Origin: Candidatus Latescibacterota bacterium
GTDB lineage: Bacteria; Latescibacterota; UBA2968
Length of the DNA: 64,000 nucleotides
Assembly (NCBI GenBank): GCA_965204375.1
Contig: OZ241986.1
Location: forward strand, 4,928,001 to 4,992,000
Direction: 5' to 3'
The notes beneath the pieces were generated by a model, which was not told the origin of the DNA, did not search any database, and was given only the letters and a program-made list of their open reading frames with translations. Shown one piece after another: positions 17,218-28,109 of this stretch (position 1 is its first letter; every line of letters begins with the position of its first letter). The position numbers were made by a program, and so were the translations under genes.

Positions 17218-20193
17218 GTGAGCAACCACCTGAATTTTCAAGACCTGATCATGCGCCTCGAGTGCTTCTGGGCCGACAACGGCTGTATAATATGGCAACC
17301 CTACAGCGAAAAAGTGGGCGCAGGCACCATGAACGCCGCCACGGTTCTGCGCGTCCTCGGGCCCGAACCGTGGAACGTCGCCTATGTTGAACCCTCCTAT
17401 CGTCCCGATGACGGGCGCTTTGGCGAAAACCCCAACCGCATGCAAATGCACACCCAGTATCAGGTCATCCTCAAACCCGACCCCGGCAATCCGCAGGAAC
17501 TCTATCTCAAAAGCCTCGGAGCACTGGGCCTCGATTGCAAAGCGCACGACATCCGCTTTGTCGAAGACAACTGGGAATCGCCCGCCCTGGGTGCATGGGG
17601 CCTGGGATGGGAAGTGTGGTTAGACGGCATGGAAATCACGCAATTTACCTATTTCCAGCAAGCGGGCGGCATGCAACTCGATCCCGTAGCCGTTGAAATC
17701 ACCTACGGCCTCGAACGCATTGCCATGTACCTTCAAGGCGTGGATGAAGTCTGGCAACTGCAGTGGAACAACACCGTGACCTATGGCGACATCCTCAAAA
17801 AACAAGAAATAGAATATTGCAACTACGAGTTCTATTGGGCCGACGTCAACCGCCTCAAATCCATGTACGACATCTTTTTAGCCGAAGCCCAGGCAGCCCT
17901 CGACCGCGACCTCGTCATCCCCGCACACGACTACGTCATTCGCTGCTCGCACACCTTTAATCTACTCGACACGCGCGGCGCAATTGGCGTAACCGAACGC
18001 GCCCGTTTTTTTGCCCAAATGCGCGACCTCTCGCGCCAAATAGCCGAAGCCTATGTCGAACAGCGCGCAGACCAGGGACATCCCCTTGTAGAATCATCAA
18101 AGGACGAACCTCCACTGGTATCCAAAGCCGACGACCTGCCCGAAGTAGATACCGCCGATCTCCTGCTCGAAATCGGCTCTGAAGAACTGCCTCCCGCCGA
18201 TGTGGTCAGCGCCATAGCACAACTCGAAAAATTGCTACCCGAACACCTCGGCGAGGCAAATCTCACGTACGACAGCATCGAAGTCAGCGGCACGCCGCGC
18301 AGGCAATACGCCATCGTCAAAAATCTGCAGGGACGGCAACCCGATGAAATCAGACAAGCGCGCGGACCGGCCATCCGCATCGCCTATGACAATGACGGCA
18401 ACCCCACCCGGGCACTTCAGGGATTTGCCCGCGGACAGGGCATTGATCCATCAGACGTTGAACAGCGCGACGACTACGTCTGGGCGGGCATCACCATTTA
18501 CGGGCGCAAAACCCAGGAAATCCTCTCTGAACTGCTGCCCGAACTCATCGCCAAACTCAGCTTTGGCAAAACCATGCGCTGGAATTCCGAAGGCATCGCA
18601 TATCCGCGCCCCCTCCGCTGGATTGTCGCCCTCTTTGGCGATCAAATCATCCCATTCACTTATGCGCGTGCAACAGCAGGACGCACGAGCCGCGGGCTGC
18701 GCCCCAATGCAGAAATCGAAATTGCTTCTGCCTCTGACTATCGCGCGCAAATGCAAAAACACGGCATCGCAGTCAACCGCGACAAAAGGCGGGAAGCCAT
18801 CAAACAGCAAGTCGAAACAGTAGCCCAACAAATCGACGGCAGCGTACCAGACGATCCCGACCTGCTCGACGAAGTCACCGACCTCGTCGAAGCCCCACAC
18901 GCGCTTTGCGGCACCTTTGAAAGCGCGCGCCTTTCCCTACCCCGCGAAATGCTCATCGCCGTCATGAAAAAACACCAGCGGTATTTCCCGGTACTCGACG
19001 AAAAAGGCGACCTCAAACCCAACTTCATCACCGTGTGCAATGGGCTACCCGACGACCCCGACCTCGTCGTCAAAGGCAATGAAAACGTCATACGCGCCCG
19101 ATATGCCGACGCCAGATTCTTTTACGAAGACGACACAACCAAAAAACTCGGCGACTTTCTCACGCGCCTCGACACCCTCACCTTTCAAGAAAAACTCGGC
19201 TCTATGCGCGACAAAACCCGCCGCGTTGAAAAACTCGTCGGCGACTTATCTGGCGCGCTTGAACTTCAGGGAGAAAATAAAAAAGCGGCTCTGCGCGCAG
19301 CCGTATTGTGCAAAGCCGACCTGGCGACCAGCATGGTCGTCGAAATGACCTCCCTGCAGGGCACCATGGGCCGCTATTACGCCCTGTCTTCAGGTGAAAC
19401 GAAAGCCGTTGCGCGCGCCATTGAAGACCATTATCATCCGCGCTTCCCGGGCGACTCACTGCCCCAAACACAACCCGGTCTCGCCGTCTCAATAGCCGAT
19501 CGTCTCGACAGCCTCGCCGGTCTTTTTGGCGTGGGCATCAAACCCCGCTCAAATGCCGACCCTTATGGTCTCAGGCGCGACACCCTGGGCCTGCTTTCAA
19601 ATCTCCTCGGTTACAAAATGCATTTTTCACTGCGCCAGGGCCTCAACACAGCCGCCAAGCACTTGCCCGTTGTGGTCAAACGAGAAGCCCTCGACGAAGC
19701 CTTTGACTACATCATCCGCCGCCTCGAAGTCGTCTTGCGCGACGAGGGCCTGCGCCACGACGCGATTTCCGCTGCGATTGCGGAAAATCTGGATGACCCC
19801 TATCAAATCCAGCGGATCGCCCGGGCATTTACCGCACAAATCCATTCTGATCAATGGCTCGATATTCTCCACGCCCATGCGCGGTGCAAACGCATTGTGC
19901 GCGACCTCTCGGAACACTACGACCTCAATCCCGACTGCGATCCCGAAGAAGCATCTATAGCACTGCACAAAGCCTATCTCGCCGCGCGCAAAACAATGGA
20001 CACATCCGACGACAAACTCACTGCCCTGATCCAGGTCATGGTCGAATTGCGCGACCCCATCAACCGCTTCTTCGAAGACGTGCTCATCATGGTCGATGAT
20101 CCCGACCTCAAGCAATCGCGCCTCGCCCTTGCCCAGCACATCGCCGCCCTGCCCGACGGCATTGCAGACCTGAGCCAGTTTGAGGGATTCTGA
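17218..20193 (+). CDS. glyQS: Glycine-tRNA ligase, fused alpha/beta subunits
   Basis: GAGTMN…[21 protein letters not shown] (alpha) in frame with [11 protein letters not shown]…GTPRR…ADPYGLRR (beta); GTG start with GAGGA. Confidence 0.95.
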   Translation: MSNHLNFQDLIMRLECFWADNGCIIWQPYSEKVGAGTMNAATVLRVLGPEPWNVAYVEPSYRPDDGRFGENPNRMQMHTQYQVILKPDPGNPQELYLKSLGALGLDCKAHDIRFVEDNWESPALGAWGLGWEVWLDGMEITQFTYFQQAGGMQLDPVAVEITYGLERIAMYLQGVDEVWQLQWNNTVTYGDILKKQEIEYCNYEFYWADVNRLKSMYDIFLAEAQAALDRDLVIPAHDYVIRCSHTFNLLDTRGAIGVTERARFFAQMRDLSRQIAEAYVEQRADQGHPLVESSKDEPPLVSKADDLPEVDTADLLLEIGSEELPPADVVSAIAQLEKLLPEHLGEANLTYDSIEVSGTPRRQYAIVKNLQGRQPDEIRQARGPAIRIAYDNDGNPTRALQGFARGQGIDPSDVEQRDDYVWAGITIYGRKTQEILSELLPELIAKLSFGKTMRWNSEGIAYPRPLRWIVALFGDQIIPFTYARATAGRTSRGLRPNAEIEIASASDYRAQMQKHGIAVNRDKRREAIKQQVETVAQQIDGSVPDDPDLLDEVTDLVEAPHALCGTFESARLSLPREMLIAVMKKHQRYFPVLDEKGDLKPNFITVCNGLPDDPDLVVKGNENVIRARYADARFFYEDDTTKKLGDFLTRLDTLTFQEKLGSMRDKTRRVEKLVGDLSGALELQGENKKAALRAAVLCKADLATSMVVEMTSLQGTMGRYYALSSGETKAVARAIEDHYHPRFPGDSLPQTQPGLAVSIADRLDSLAGLFGVGIKPRSNADPYGLRRDTLGLLSNLLGYKMHFSLRQGLNTAAKHLPVVVKREALDEAFDYIIRRLEVVLRDEGLRHDAISAAIAENLDDPYQIQRIARAFTAQIHSDQWLDILHAHARCKRIVRDLSEHYDLNPDCDPEEASIALHKAYLAARKTMDTSDDKLTALIQVMVELRDPINRFFEDVLIMVDDPDLKQSRLALAQHIAALPDGIADLSQFEGF

Positions 20194-20197
20194 TTTA

Positions 20198-20298
20198 GAA
20201 GTGTGAAGTAGGAAGTGTGAAGTGTGAAGATAAGACACCTGCCTTTGGGCGGTTGGGCGGGGCCTTCTCACTTCTCACTTTTTCCTTCTAACTTCTTA
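20198..20298. repeat. Inverted heptamer tandem arrays between convergent genes
   Basis: (GAAGTGT)-like x4 facing (CTTCTCA)-like x5. Confidence 0.7.
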
Positions 20299-21615
20299 AA
20301 GCTGTATCTTTGTCTGAATATTCAAAATCCGTTCGCGCCGAAATCCGCCGGAGCCATCTGGCAAATAAGTAAATTCGGCCTCCATTATCACCACCGTATT
20401 CTTTACGGGTTCCAGCGCGACCACATATCCAAACCGCGTATTGGGCGTACCATCGAACAAGCTTCTCAGGCTGACGTTCCGAAAGCGTTTCTCAAAATAC
20501 CCCTCTGCCCGTGTCACTTTTTTTATTTTGGGTATCTGTTCCAAAAATTCTGGTATCATACCCGCGCGACCTTCCACAATTTGGGCATCGCCGACATCTC
20601 CGCGCAAGTGTTGATAGGAACCACTCGCTACAAAAATGCCGTAAAATCTCACAAGAGCACTGCCAAACACCCCTTGCATCGACCCAGACTGCAACGTGGC
20701 TTCGCGCGTTGTAATAGCCCCCGTACCCGGATCGACAATTGCGCGATTGACATCGTAGAGCGCGTCAAAATGCCCGGCCTGAAACCGACCGTTTACCCAT
20801 CGATACTCAACCTGCAATCGCGCCGGTCCTGCATCAACCATCACACCGGGCAAAGCGAGACCCGTACCACTCTCCTCATCCAGAATTCGCCCAGCGCCCG
20901 CATACAGCCTCGCCCTTAGATGTCGCCTATTGATAAACGGATAGCCCACATCAACACTCGCGGCTGCAAACGCATCGCGCGGCAGGTCTGCGCGAATTGA
21001 ATCGGGCAGAGCGCTGAGTTGATCCGCATCCACAACCGCCGTGACGCCCATATCCAATAGCGGAACCGGTTGAAATTCGACGCGCCCCCCAAAAACAGGT
21101 CCACCGCCTTCTAAATCCAGCAAATTGCCGATCAGGGCGCGCACGGTCAAATGCCTGAAAACATGGCGAATTCTCATGTCCAAACCCGCGCGTTTTATCC
21201 CCGGTGAACCGTGCGTATTGCGATAGTTGCGCATCACCAGCCCCGTGCCCAATGTCACCCATTCTAAAGCGCCGACATGTACAGACAGCCGCCGATTGCG
21301 GTCATCGATATCTCCATAGCGCACGTAGTGAATTTTTCGCAACAGACTCTCCACACCTCGTCGCCTGCTCGAAAAATCCCAGCCACTGTCCCGAATACGA
21401 CCCTCATGATCCAAAAAAATTTCCAGATCAAAAGCCGCAGACAAGTCCCCAATGCGTATGCGAGGCTGTATATTATAGCGTTGCCTCTGCTCTTGCTCAA
21501 CCGTTACAGAACCCAGTATCGCAGACAAGTCCAATGGAATTCCTATTGCATCTGCGGAAACACCTTCAAAAATCAGCCCCCAAAATGCGACAATCCAACA
21601 AAAGCGATACCGCAT
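20296..21615 (-). CDS. Exported hypothetical protein, probable outer-membrane beta-barrel
   Basis: Signal peptide MRYRFCWIVAFWGLIF…ADA; alternating beta-strand pattern. Confidence 0.7.
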   Translation of the reverse strand: MRYRFCWIVAFWGLIFEGVSADAIGIPLDLSAILGSVTVEQEQRQRYNIQPRIRIGDLSAAFDLEIFLDHEGRIRDSGWDFSSRRRGVESLLRKIHYVRYGDIDDRNRRLSVHVGALEWVTLGTGLVMRNYRNTHGSPGIKRAGLDMRIRHVFRHLTVRALIGNLLDLEGGGPVFGGRVEFQPVPLLDMGVTAVVDADQLSALPDSIRADLPRDAFAAASVDVGYPFINRRHLRARLYAGAGRILDEESGTGLALPGVMVDAGPARLQVEYRWVNGRFQAGHFDALYDVNRAIVDPGTGAITTREATLQSGSMQGVFGSALVRFYGIFVASGSYQHLRGDVGDAQIVEGRAGMIPEFLEQIPKIKKVTRAEGYFEKRFRNVSLRSLFDGTPNTRFGYVVALEPVKNTVVIMEAEFTYLPDGSGGFRRERILNIQTKIQL

Positions 21616-21859
21616 AAAATCGCCTCCAAAATGATTTAGCTCCAATTCTCGCCCTTTGACTCAACATAAGACTCTTTTTTTAAAGGGAAAAGTACCGAAT
21701 CGCAAAAAGCGGAACCGACCCATCAGTCAAGCGTTATCAACATAGTCTCATTTATAAGGTTTAACTGATTGGAATCTATTGACAAAGACATTGCCTTACA
21801 ATATAATAACAAATGTTAAAACACATCTGGTCCTCCGACTTTTCCATCGGGAGAATACC

Positions 21860-24340
21860 ATGAAAATTGGATTGCGGTTCTGGATGGTTGTCTGCTGTGT
21901 CTCTTGCATTGCACTGCCTCTTTTTGCAGAAGAAGATGAAACGCCTCCACAAGACACAACCTACCGAAATACGATGTTTGCCCTGGGTCAGCGTCAGATT
22001 CAAGCGGGTGAAATCAACGAGGCCATGGCGACTCTCCAACGCATTTTAGAACTTTTCCCCGAAGACGCCCATGTGTATTCTCAACTGGGTTATATCTATC
22101 TCAAACGGAAAGAATACAAAGAAGCTGAAGGCGCCTTCAAAACAGCCAAAAAATTCGACAAAAGCCTCGTCGAGGCCTATGTCGGACTCGGTCTTACGTA
22201 TGCCGAAGCACCCACGCGGGGAATGCAATCTTATTACAATTTCCGCAGAGCCATTCGCGAAGCCAAGCGCGCCACCAAACTCGATCCCAACTACGGCCCG
22301 GCCTATCGTCTGCTCGGCGAAGTCTATGAGCGATTTCAAGAAGACCACAATAGGGCTATGCAGTACTATCAGAAATACGTCGAACTCGAACCCGACAATC
22401 CCGAGGGCCTTTATTATTACGGCTTAGCCTGTGTACAGGCCAAAGCATTTGACAAAATTCTCGAACATATTGCCCCTTATCTCTCGGCACACCCCGATGT
22501 GGTTCAGCTCTTGCCCATTGTTGCACAGAGTCATTTTTACAACGACGAGGCGCAAAAAGCCCTTGAACTCTTCGAACGTTATCTCGCCAACATCGAAGGC
22601 AGTGAACGCGCACATTACACCGATATTTCCTACATTGCCTCAGCCACAGAACTCCAGGAATACCACGCCGCCACGCCAGGACCCGAACAACAGGCATATC
22701 GCGAGCAATTCTGGGCACGGCGCGACCCCGACATCCTCACCAAACTCAACGAGCGCGTCATCGAACACTACCGCCGCACATGGTATGCGCGCACCTATTT
22801 TTCGTCCAATGTCTATCCCTGGGATGAACGGGGTGCTGTTTATATCCGATATGGCGAACCCGACTACCGGTCGCGCTCCAATGATCGCAACTTTGTCCAA
22901 ACCACCGAAGTAGAGCGTGTGCGCACGCAGATGGCCGTTGACATCTACGGTCCTGAAGCGGCCTTCTTCACCTTCACAGGTCCCGTCTTTCCCATTCGCA
23001 CCAGCCGCGAAACAGGCTCTCTCTTTGAACAAGGCGATCCTATGGACATCGCCGACGCGAGTTTTACGGGCGAAGAAACTGGCGAAGCTGCCGACGAAAG
23101 TATGGACGAACTCCCCGAGGCCGAAGGCGGTGAGGCTGAGGACTTCAGGCTCGGTTTTGAGCGCAATCCATTTGATCGCGATGGCACCATCGAAAGCGTT
23201 CTCGATGAGCAAACGGGACAACTCAACACCCGCTTGCAATTTGGCCGCTATTCACCTGTTACCATTGGCAGTGAAATTGATACCGTGCCCTGGGAAACCT
23301 GGACCTATATTCAGATCAATGGGGGCATAGAGATTACCTTTACCGACGAATGGGGCAGTGGACGCTATGACTTTGCCCCATTACCCGAAGCCACAACCGA
23401 AGATCCCGACGCCATTGCTTATATCGCCCGCATGACCGAACACACCCCCGAAGTCATCTATCAGCAAGCCGTATCGACTTCACCCGATTTTTATCGCCCT
23501 GGTCTTCCCGGCGATATACTCAATTTCTACTATGATCTGGCGCACTTCCGCGGACCCGACGGGCAAACCAATCTCGAGATTTATTACGGCATCCCGCCCG
23601 AGCAGGTCGAAATTGAGCAAGAAGCCGATTCGAGTTTCATACATGTGCAATTGGCCGTTGCGCTGGCAAATGAAGGTCATACATCTATCTATCGCACAAC
23701 TGATGAGTTCGCGTATCGCGGCGCGCAAGTACCCAGCACAATCGAACAGGGTGCTTTTGTTCCTGAAATCATCAAAACACAGGTACCGCCCGGCAAATAC
23801 GAACTTCAAGTGCAAATGAAAGACCTCATCTCTGGACGCACCGGACTCTACCGGCAAGAACTCGAAGTCAGAGACTATCAGATCCCAGAGCTTCAAGTCA
23901 GTGAAATTCAACTGGCCTCGAGTATCGCGGAAGAAGGCGCGACAAAATACCAAAAAGAAGACGTGTGGATCATTCCCATTCCCACGCGCAGTTATGCCCT
24001 AAAGCAAAATGTCTATGCCTACTTTGAAATCTACAACCTGGCCAAAGACACCTTTGGACAAACCCGTTACAAAACCGAATACCGCATTCGCTCCAGTGCC
24101 ATGCCCGCCGTTGGCGTATTTGGTGCAGTGGCTACGGGGTTGCGCACCATCTTTAGAGCCAGCAAACCCCAGGTGGCCATCACCAACGAGCTCACGGGAC
24201 GCGACGCCGACGAACGGGAATACGTTGAAATCGTACTCAACAAAGTCAGACCCGGGGTCAACGCACTCGAGGTCATCGTAACCGATCTGGTCAGTGGCAA
24301 GAGCGTCGAACGCGAAGTGCGCTTCCGGTATGGGAATTAA
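21860..24340 (+). CDS. Secreted TPR plus GWxTD-like domain protein
   Basis: Signal peptide, TPR repeats, FWARRDP…PWDERGAVYIRYGEPD…WETWTY. Confidence 0.8.
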   Translation: MKIGLRFWMVVCCVSCIALPLFAEEDETPPQDTTYRNTMFALGQRQIQAGEINEAMATLQRILELFPEDAHVYSQLGYIYLKRKEYKEAEGAFKTAKKFDKSLVEAYVGLGLTYAEAPTRGMQSYYNFRRAIREAKRATKLDPNYGPAYRLLGEVYERFQEDHNRAMQYYQKYVELEPDNPEGLYYYGLACVQAKAFDKILEHIAPYLSAHPDVVQLLPIVAQSHFYNDEAQKALELFERYLANIEGSERAHYTDISYIASATELQEYHAATPGPEQQAYREQFWARRDPDILTKLNERVIEHYRRTWYARTYFSSNVYPWDERGAVYIRYGEPDYRSRSNDRNFVQTTEVERVRTQMAVDIYGPEAAFFTFTGPVFPIRTSRETGSLFEQGDPMDIADASFTGEETGEAADESMDELPEAEGGEAEDFRLGFERNPFDRDGTIESVLDEQTGQLNTRLQFGRYSPVTIGSEIDTVPWETWTYIQINGGIEITFTDEWGSGRYDFAPLPEATTEDPDAIAYIARMTEHTPEVIYQQAVSTSPDFYRPGLPGDILNFYYDLAHFRGPDGQTNLEIYYGIPPEQVEIEQEADSSFIHVQLAVALANEGHTSIYRTTDEFAYRGAQVPSTIEQGAFVPEIIKTQVPPGKYELQVQMKDLISGRTGLYRQELEVRDYQIPELQVSEIQLASSIAEEGATKYQKEDVWIIPIPTRSYALKQNVYAYFEIYNLAKDTFGQTRYKTEYRIRSSAMPAVGVFGAVATGLRTIFRASKPQVAITNELTGRDADEREYVEIVLNKVRPGVNALEVIVTDLVSGKSVEREVRFRYGN

Positions 24341-24351
24341 AACGCTCTCTT

Positions 24352-24924
24352 ATGCGCATCATCGCTGGGGAATTTAAGGGCCGCCGCATCCCCTTTAACA
24401 ACAAAAAGCACGGCAATGCCCGCGTCACATCCGACTTTGTCAAAAAAGCCGTATTCTCTTCCCTTGGCGAAATCCTCCACGGCAAATATTTCCTCGACCT
24501 CTTCTCCTGCTCTGGTCAAATCGGCCTCGAAGCCTGTAGCCGCGGTGCGCATGTGGTTATCAATGAACCCGACCGCCGCTGCAACCGCTTCATCGCACAG
24601 CTCATAGACAATTGGCATCTCAACGACCGCATCCAACTCTATGCGCGTCCCGCACAAAGACTCTTGCCCCAACTCGCGCGGTCCCGTTCCATATTTGACA
24701 TCATCTACCTCGACCCTCCCTATCACCAACAATTAGACGGACAACCCATGTCCTGCGCGATACTCACCCGCCTCGCAACAATGCCTATCCTTGCGCCCAA
24801 TGCCCGCATTCTCGTCCAACACGCCTCTCGTACAACACTACCAAAATCCTTTCCCAACCTCATCCTCTCCCGAGAAAAAAAATACGGCGACACAATGCTG
24901 AGCACATATACCCTTACTTTCTAA
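24352..24924 (+). CDS. rsmD: RsmD-family rRNA methyltransferase
   Basis: MRIIAGEFKGRR, LDLFSCSG, DIIYLDPPY, KKYGDT. Confidence 0.85.
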   Translation: MRIIAGEFKGRRIPFNNKKHGNARVTSDFVKKAVFSSLGEILHGKYFLDLFSCSGQIGLEACSRGAHVVINEPDRRCNRFIAQLIDNWHLNDRIQLYARPAQRLLPQLARSRSIFDIIYLDPPYHQQLDGQPMSCAILTRLATMPILAPNARILVQHASRTTLPKSFPNLILSREKKYGDTMLSTYTLTF

Positions 24925-24994
24925 CTTGCTATTCACTGCCAAAATCACTATGTTCTAAAAATTGCAAAAGCCATTATACCTGAAGGAGGAATCA

Positions 24995-25270
24995 ATGGAC
25001 AAACTCAGTTCCGCCGTCGATTTTAGACCGCGCAGCCGTCAGCTTTACATGGGCGACATGCCCTGGCTCCCGCGCATTACGGATAAAGCCCGCGCCAAAT
25101 TGCGAGGCTGCATCGGTGACTATGTCTATCCGTGACCCGCTGACAGAAAGTTCCTGGAGGAACTTGGGGTTGAAGCTGAAGAATTTACGAACATCGTCGC
25201 GTCCAGCCCGACCGATGCCGAAGTCATCGAAAAAGTAAAACCCATCTGGGACAAGTCGCATTCTGAGTAA
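24995..25270 (+). CDS. DUF5069-like small protein with in-frame TGA (candidate selenocysteine at codon 47), 91 aa
   Basis: AAGGAGGA RBS; PRSR…WLPRITDKARAKLRGCIGDYVYP-TGA-PADRKFLEELGV…; hairpin AAGTTCC-TGGA-GGAACTT 12 nt after TGA; terminator follows TAA. Confidence 0.8.
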
Positions 25271-25274
25271 CAAC

Positions 25275-25308
25275 AAAAAAGCCGCCACATAATGTGGCGG
25301 CTTTTTTT
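25275..25308. terminator. Bidirectional intrinsic terminator
   Basis: AAAAAAGCCGCCACAT-A-ATGTGGCGGCTTTTTTT. Confidence 0.85.
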
Positions 25309-25327
25309 ATTGGAAAGTCAGCACTTA

Positions 25328-27013
25328 TCAGGCGCGGAACAACTCGCCCATGCGCCTGCCTAAAAATCGCCCGGCCAAAAACAAACTCACAATCAACAAC
25401 ACCATACCAAAAACACCCATTGCACTGGCCAAATACGCGCCATCTGCAATGCGCCCCATAAGCGCGTAAATCGCTTTTGTGATGGGATAGTATTCGTCTT
25501 TGAGCGCCAAAATCAAACTATCGCTCACCTCGAGCATTGCAAACGCAAAACACAAAATACCGCCAGCCACCAGATTGGCTAAAATCAGCGGAAATGTAAT
25601 TTGAAAAAGCGTGCGCAACCGGGAAGCCCCTAAATTTTGAGCCGCCTCTTCCAGCGTCACACTCGTCTGCTGAAATCCCGCATACGCCGCGCGCACCATA
25701 TAGGGCAACCGCCGCACCGCATAGGCTATGACCAGCAGTGGCACGGGATAGTGCCGCGCATCCAAAAAAGTACCCGAATACCCCGCCAGATACCCAAAAG
25801 CCAGCACCAGACCGGGCAGAGCTAAGGGCAACATCGCCATCGCATCTAAAACGCCCTTATACGGGATGCGGGTGCGCGTCAACAAATAGGCAATGGCAAT
25901 ACCCAGAACAATATCCAGCGTCGTACTCAACACACTCAATATCAGACTCATCTCAATGCTGGACAGAGACATCGGATGCTCAAAAACCATCGTATAAAAT
26001 CGCCCGGTCGTCTCCTGGGGCAGCACAGCCATAAACCAGCGCTCGGCAATAGACGTCAAAAACACACTCAGATGCGGAATCAGAGCAATGCCCGTAAGCG
26101 ACAACATCGCGGCGTAAATCAACACAGTCATCCCGCGAGAAGCGGGGCGCGATCCCGAACTGATATACCCTCGCGCAATCATCTCATAGCGGCGATTGCC
26201 CAGCGTCGCCTTTGACAGATAAAAGAAAAAGACCGTCAACAGCAACACGAAAACAACGAGCGCGTAAGCCATCGGATTTTCGTTAATATCCTCAATAGAA
26301 TTGAAAATCTCGACCGCTACGACCTGGCGATAATTGAAAATAAGCGGCGTTCCCAAATCGGTAAACGCCCAGATAAAAACAATAATCGCCCCGGCAAAAT
26401 AGCCCGGCAACATCAGTGGAAATGTCACCGTGCGAAAAAGGCGAAACCCGCTACTGCCCATATTGCGCGCCGCCTCTTCCAGGCTCGGATCGACATTGGC
26501 AAGAGCAGCGGCCACATTGAGATACATAATGGGATAGAGATGCAGCACCTCTAAAATCACCACGCCCACAAAACCACCACCGCCAAACCAATCTACCGGC
26601 TGATCGATAAGTCCCAAATCCAGAAGCAGCAAATTGATAGAACCAAAACGCGCAAACATCTGCTTCATGCCAATCGCCCCTACAAACGGGGGCAAAACCA
26701 TCGGCACCAGAATCAAACCATTGAGAAATCCTTTGCCCGCAAAATTGTATCGCACCAGCAAAAACGCCAGAGGCAAGCTGAGCAACGTAGTCGCAATGGT
26801 CGTAATCATCCCCAGCCGAAAACTATTGAGAATGGCTTCCTGATAGACCGGACTCGTCACCATTAACTCGTAAAACGCAAACGTAAACCTGCCATCGACC
26901 ACCAGCGACTGCACAAAGGCATACCAAAGGGGATAAAACAAAAACAAGGCAAAAAAGCCGATCAACCCCACCAAAAAAATGAGCGTGGGCAAATTGAGAT
27001 CAAACCGCCTCAT
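25328..27013 (-). CDS. ABC transporter permease (FbpB/iron-thiamine type, two EAA loops)
   Basis: LEEAARNMG and LEEAAQNLG motifs, multiple TM helices. Confidence 0.9.
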   Translation of the reverse strand: MRRFDLNLPTLIFLVGLIGFFALFLFYPLWYAFVQSLVVDGRFTFAFYELMVTSPVYQEAILNSFRLGMITTIATTLLSLPLAFLLVRYNFAGKGFLNGLILVPMVLPPFVGAIGMKQMFARFGSINLLLLDLGLIDQPVDWFGGGGFVGVVILEVLHLYPIMYLNVAAALANVDPSLEEAARNMGSSGFRLFRTVTFPLMLPGYFAGAIIVFIWAFTDLGTPLIFNYRQVVAVEIFNSIEDINENPMAYALVVFVLLLTVFFFYLSKATLGNRRYEMIARGYISSGSRPASRGMTVLIYAAMLSLTGIALIPHLSVFLTSIAERWFMAVLPQETTGRFYTMVFEHPMSLSSIEMSLILSVLSTTLDIVLGIAIAYLLTRTRIPYKGVLDAMAMLPLALPGLVLAFGYLAGYSGTFLDARHYPVPLLVIAYAVRRLPYMVRAAYAGFQQTSVTLEEAAQNLGASRLRTLFQITFPLILANLVAGGILCFAFAMLEVSDSLILALKDEYYPITKAIYALMGRIADGAYLASAMGVFGMVLLIVSLFLAGRFLGRRMGELFRA

Positions 27014-28097
27014 CGCGGTCCTCCGATTCATCGCGCAACACAACCACCTGCTGCTTCGAAAACCCCAGTCGCACCTCATCACCGGGTTGTGCGTGCTGCA
27101 TAGTCGCGCCGTACTTAATCAGTTTGATCTGATCGCCGCTCGCCAATTCAACAAAAAATTGCTCAACTTCACCCAGATAAATCGCACGCCGCACGCGCCC
27201 AAAAATGACATTATCCGCCGTCATAGCTTCATCCGAAAGAAAGTCCATTGCCTCGGGCCGAATCGCGCACAACACCTGATCCCCCACCTGAACACCCTCA
27301 TATCCCGCGTGTCCGTGAATATCTCCCACATCTGTTGCAACGATCACCTCGGATCCCACAGATTTTATCTCCCCAGAAATCAAATTGATCTCGCCAATAA
27401 AATCCGCGACAAAGCGGGTGATCGGTTGCCTGTAAACATCCCGAGGCGTACCGATTTGCGCCACCTTGCCCATCTGCATAACCGCAATGCGCGCGCCCAT
27501 TGCCAGCGCTTCTTTTTGATCGTGTGTCACATAAATCATTGTAACACCCAAAGTGCGCTGCAAATCCTGTAACTGCTCGCGCATCTCCAACCGCAACCGC
27601 GCATCCAGATTGGAAAGTGGCTCATCCAGCAGCACAACACCCGGTTCTATGACCAGTGCCCGCGCCAGTGCCACGCGCTGTTGCTGCCCCCCCGAAAGCT
27701 GATTGGGCGACCGCTCGGCATAACCGCTCATCTGAACCATTTCCAGAGCGCGCCTCACTTTTTGGTCGCGTTCGTGCTGCGACATATTGCGCATGGTGAG
27801 GCCGTATTCCACATTTTTCCAGACCGTCATGTGAGGCCACAACGCATAATTCTGAAACACCATACCCGTATTGCGCTCGTGCGGAGGCACAGGCGTCACA
27901 TCGCGTTCATCAAAAATCACCCGACCACTCTCGGGCTGCTCAAAACCTGCCAAAATGCGCAACAACGTGGTTTTGCCACAACCAGAGGGACCCAGCAAAA
28001 AAAAGAACTCCCCTGCGTCAATTTCCAGATTGATGCGATCCAATGCCAGAACATTGTCAAAACGCTTGGTCACATTTTCCAGCCTGATTCCGAACAT
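27000..28097 (-). CDS. ABC transporter ATP-binding protein (PotA/FbpC-like)
   Basis: GPSGCGKT, LSGGQQQR, LLDEP, TOBE-like tail. Confidence 0.92.
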   Translation of the reverse strand: MFGIRLENVTKRFDNVLALDRINLEIDAGEFFFLLGPSGCGKTTLLRILAGFEQPESGRVIFDERDVTPVPPHERNTGMVFQNYALWPHMTVWKNVEYGLTMRNMSQHERDQKVRRALEMVQMSGYAERSPNQLSGGQQQRVALARALVIEPGVVLLDEPLSNLDARLRLEMREQLQDLQRTLGVTMIYVTHDQKEALAMGARIAVMQMGKVAQIGTPRDVYRQPITRFVADFIGEINLISGEIKSVGSEVIVATDVGDIHGHAGYEGVQVGDQVLCAIRPEAMDFLSDEAMTADNVIFGRVRRAIYLGEVEQFFVELASGDQIKLIKYGATMQHAQPGDEVRLGFSKQQVVVLRDESEDRDEAV

Positions 28098-28109
28098 ATC
28101 TCACTCTTT

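Noticed and set aside
24992-25288. 98-aa minus-strand ORF in the track
   Set aside because: Antisense shadow of the TGA-containing plus-strand gene, which has the RBS, family motif and terminator
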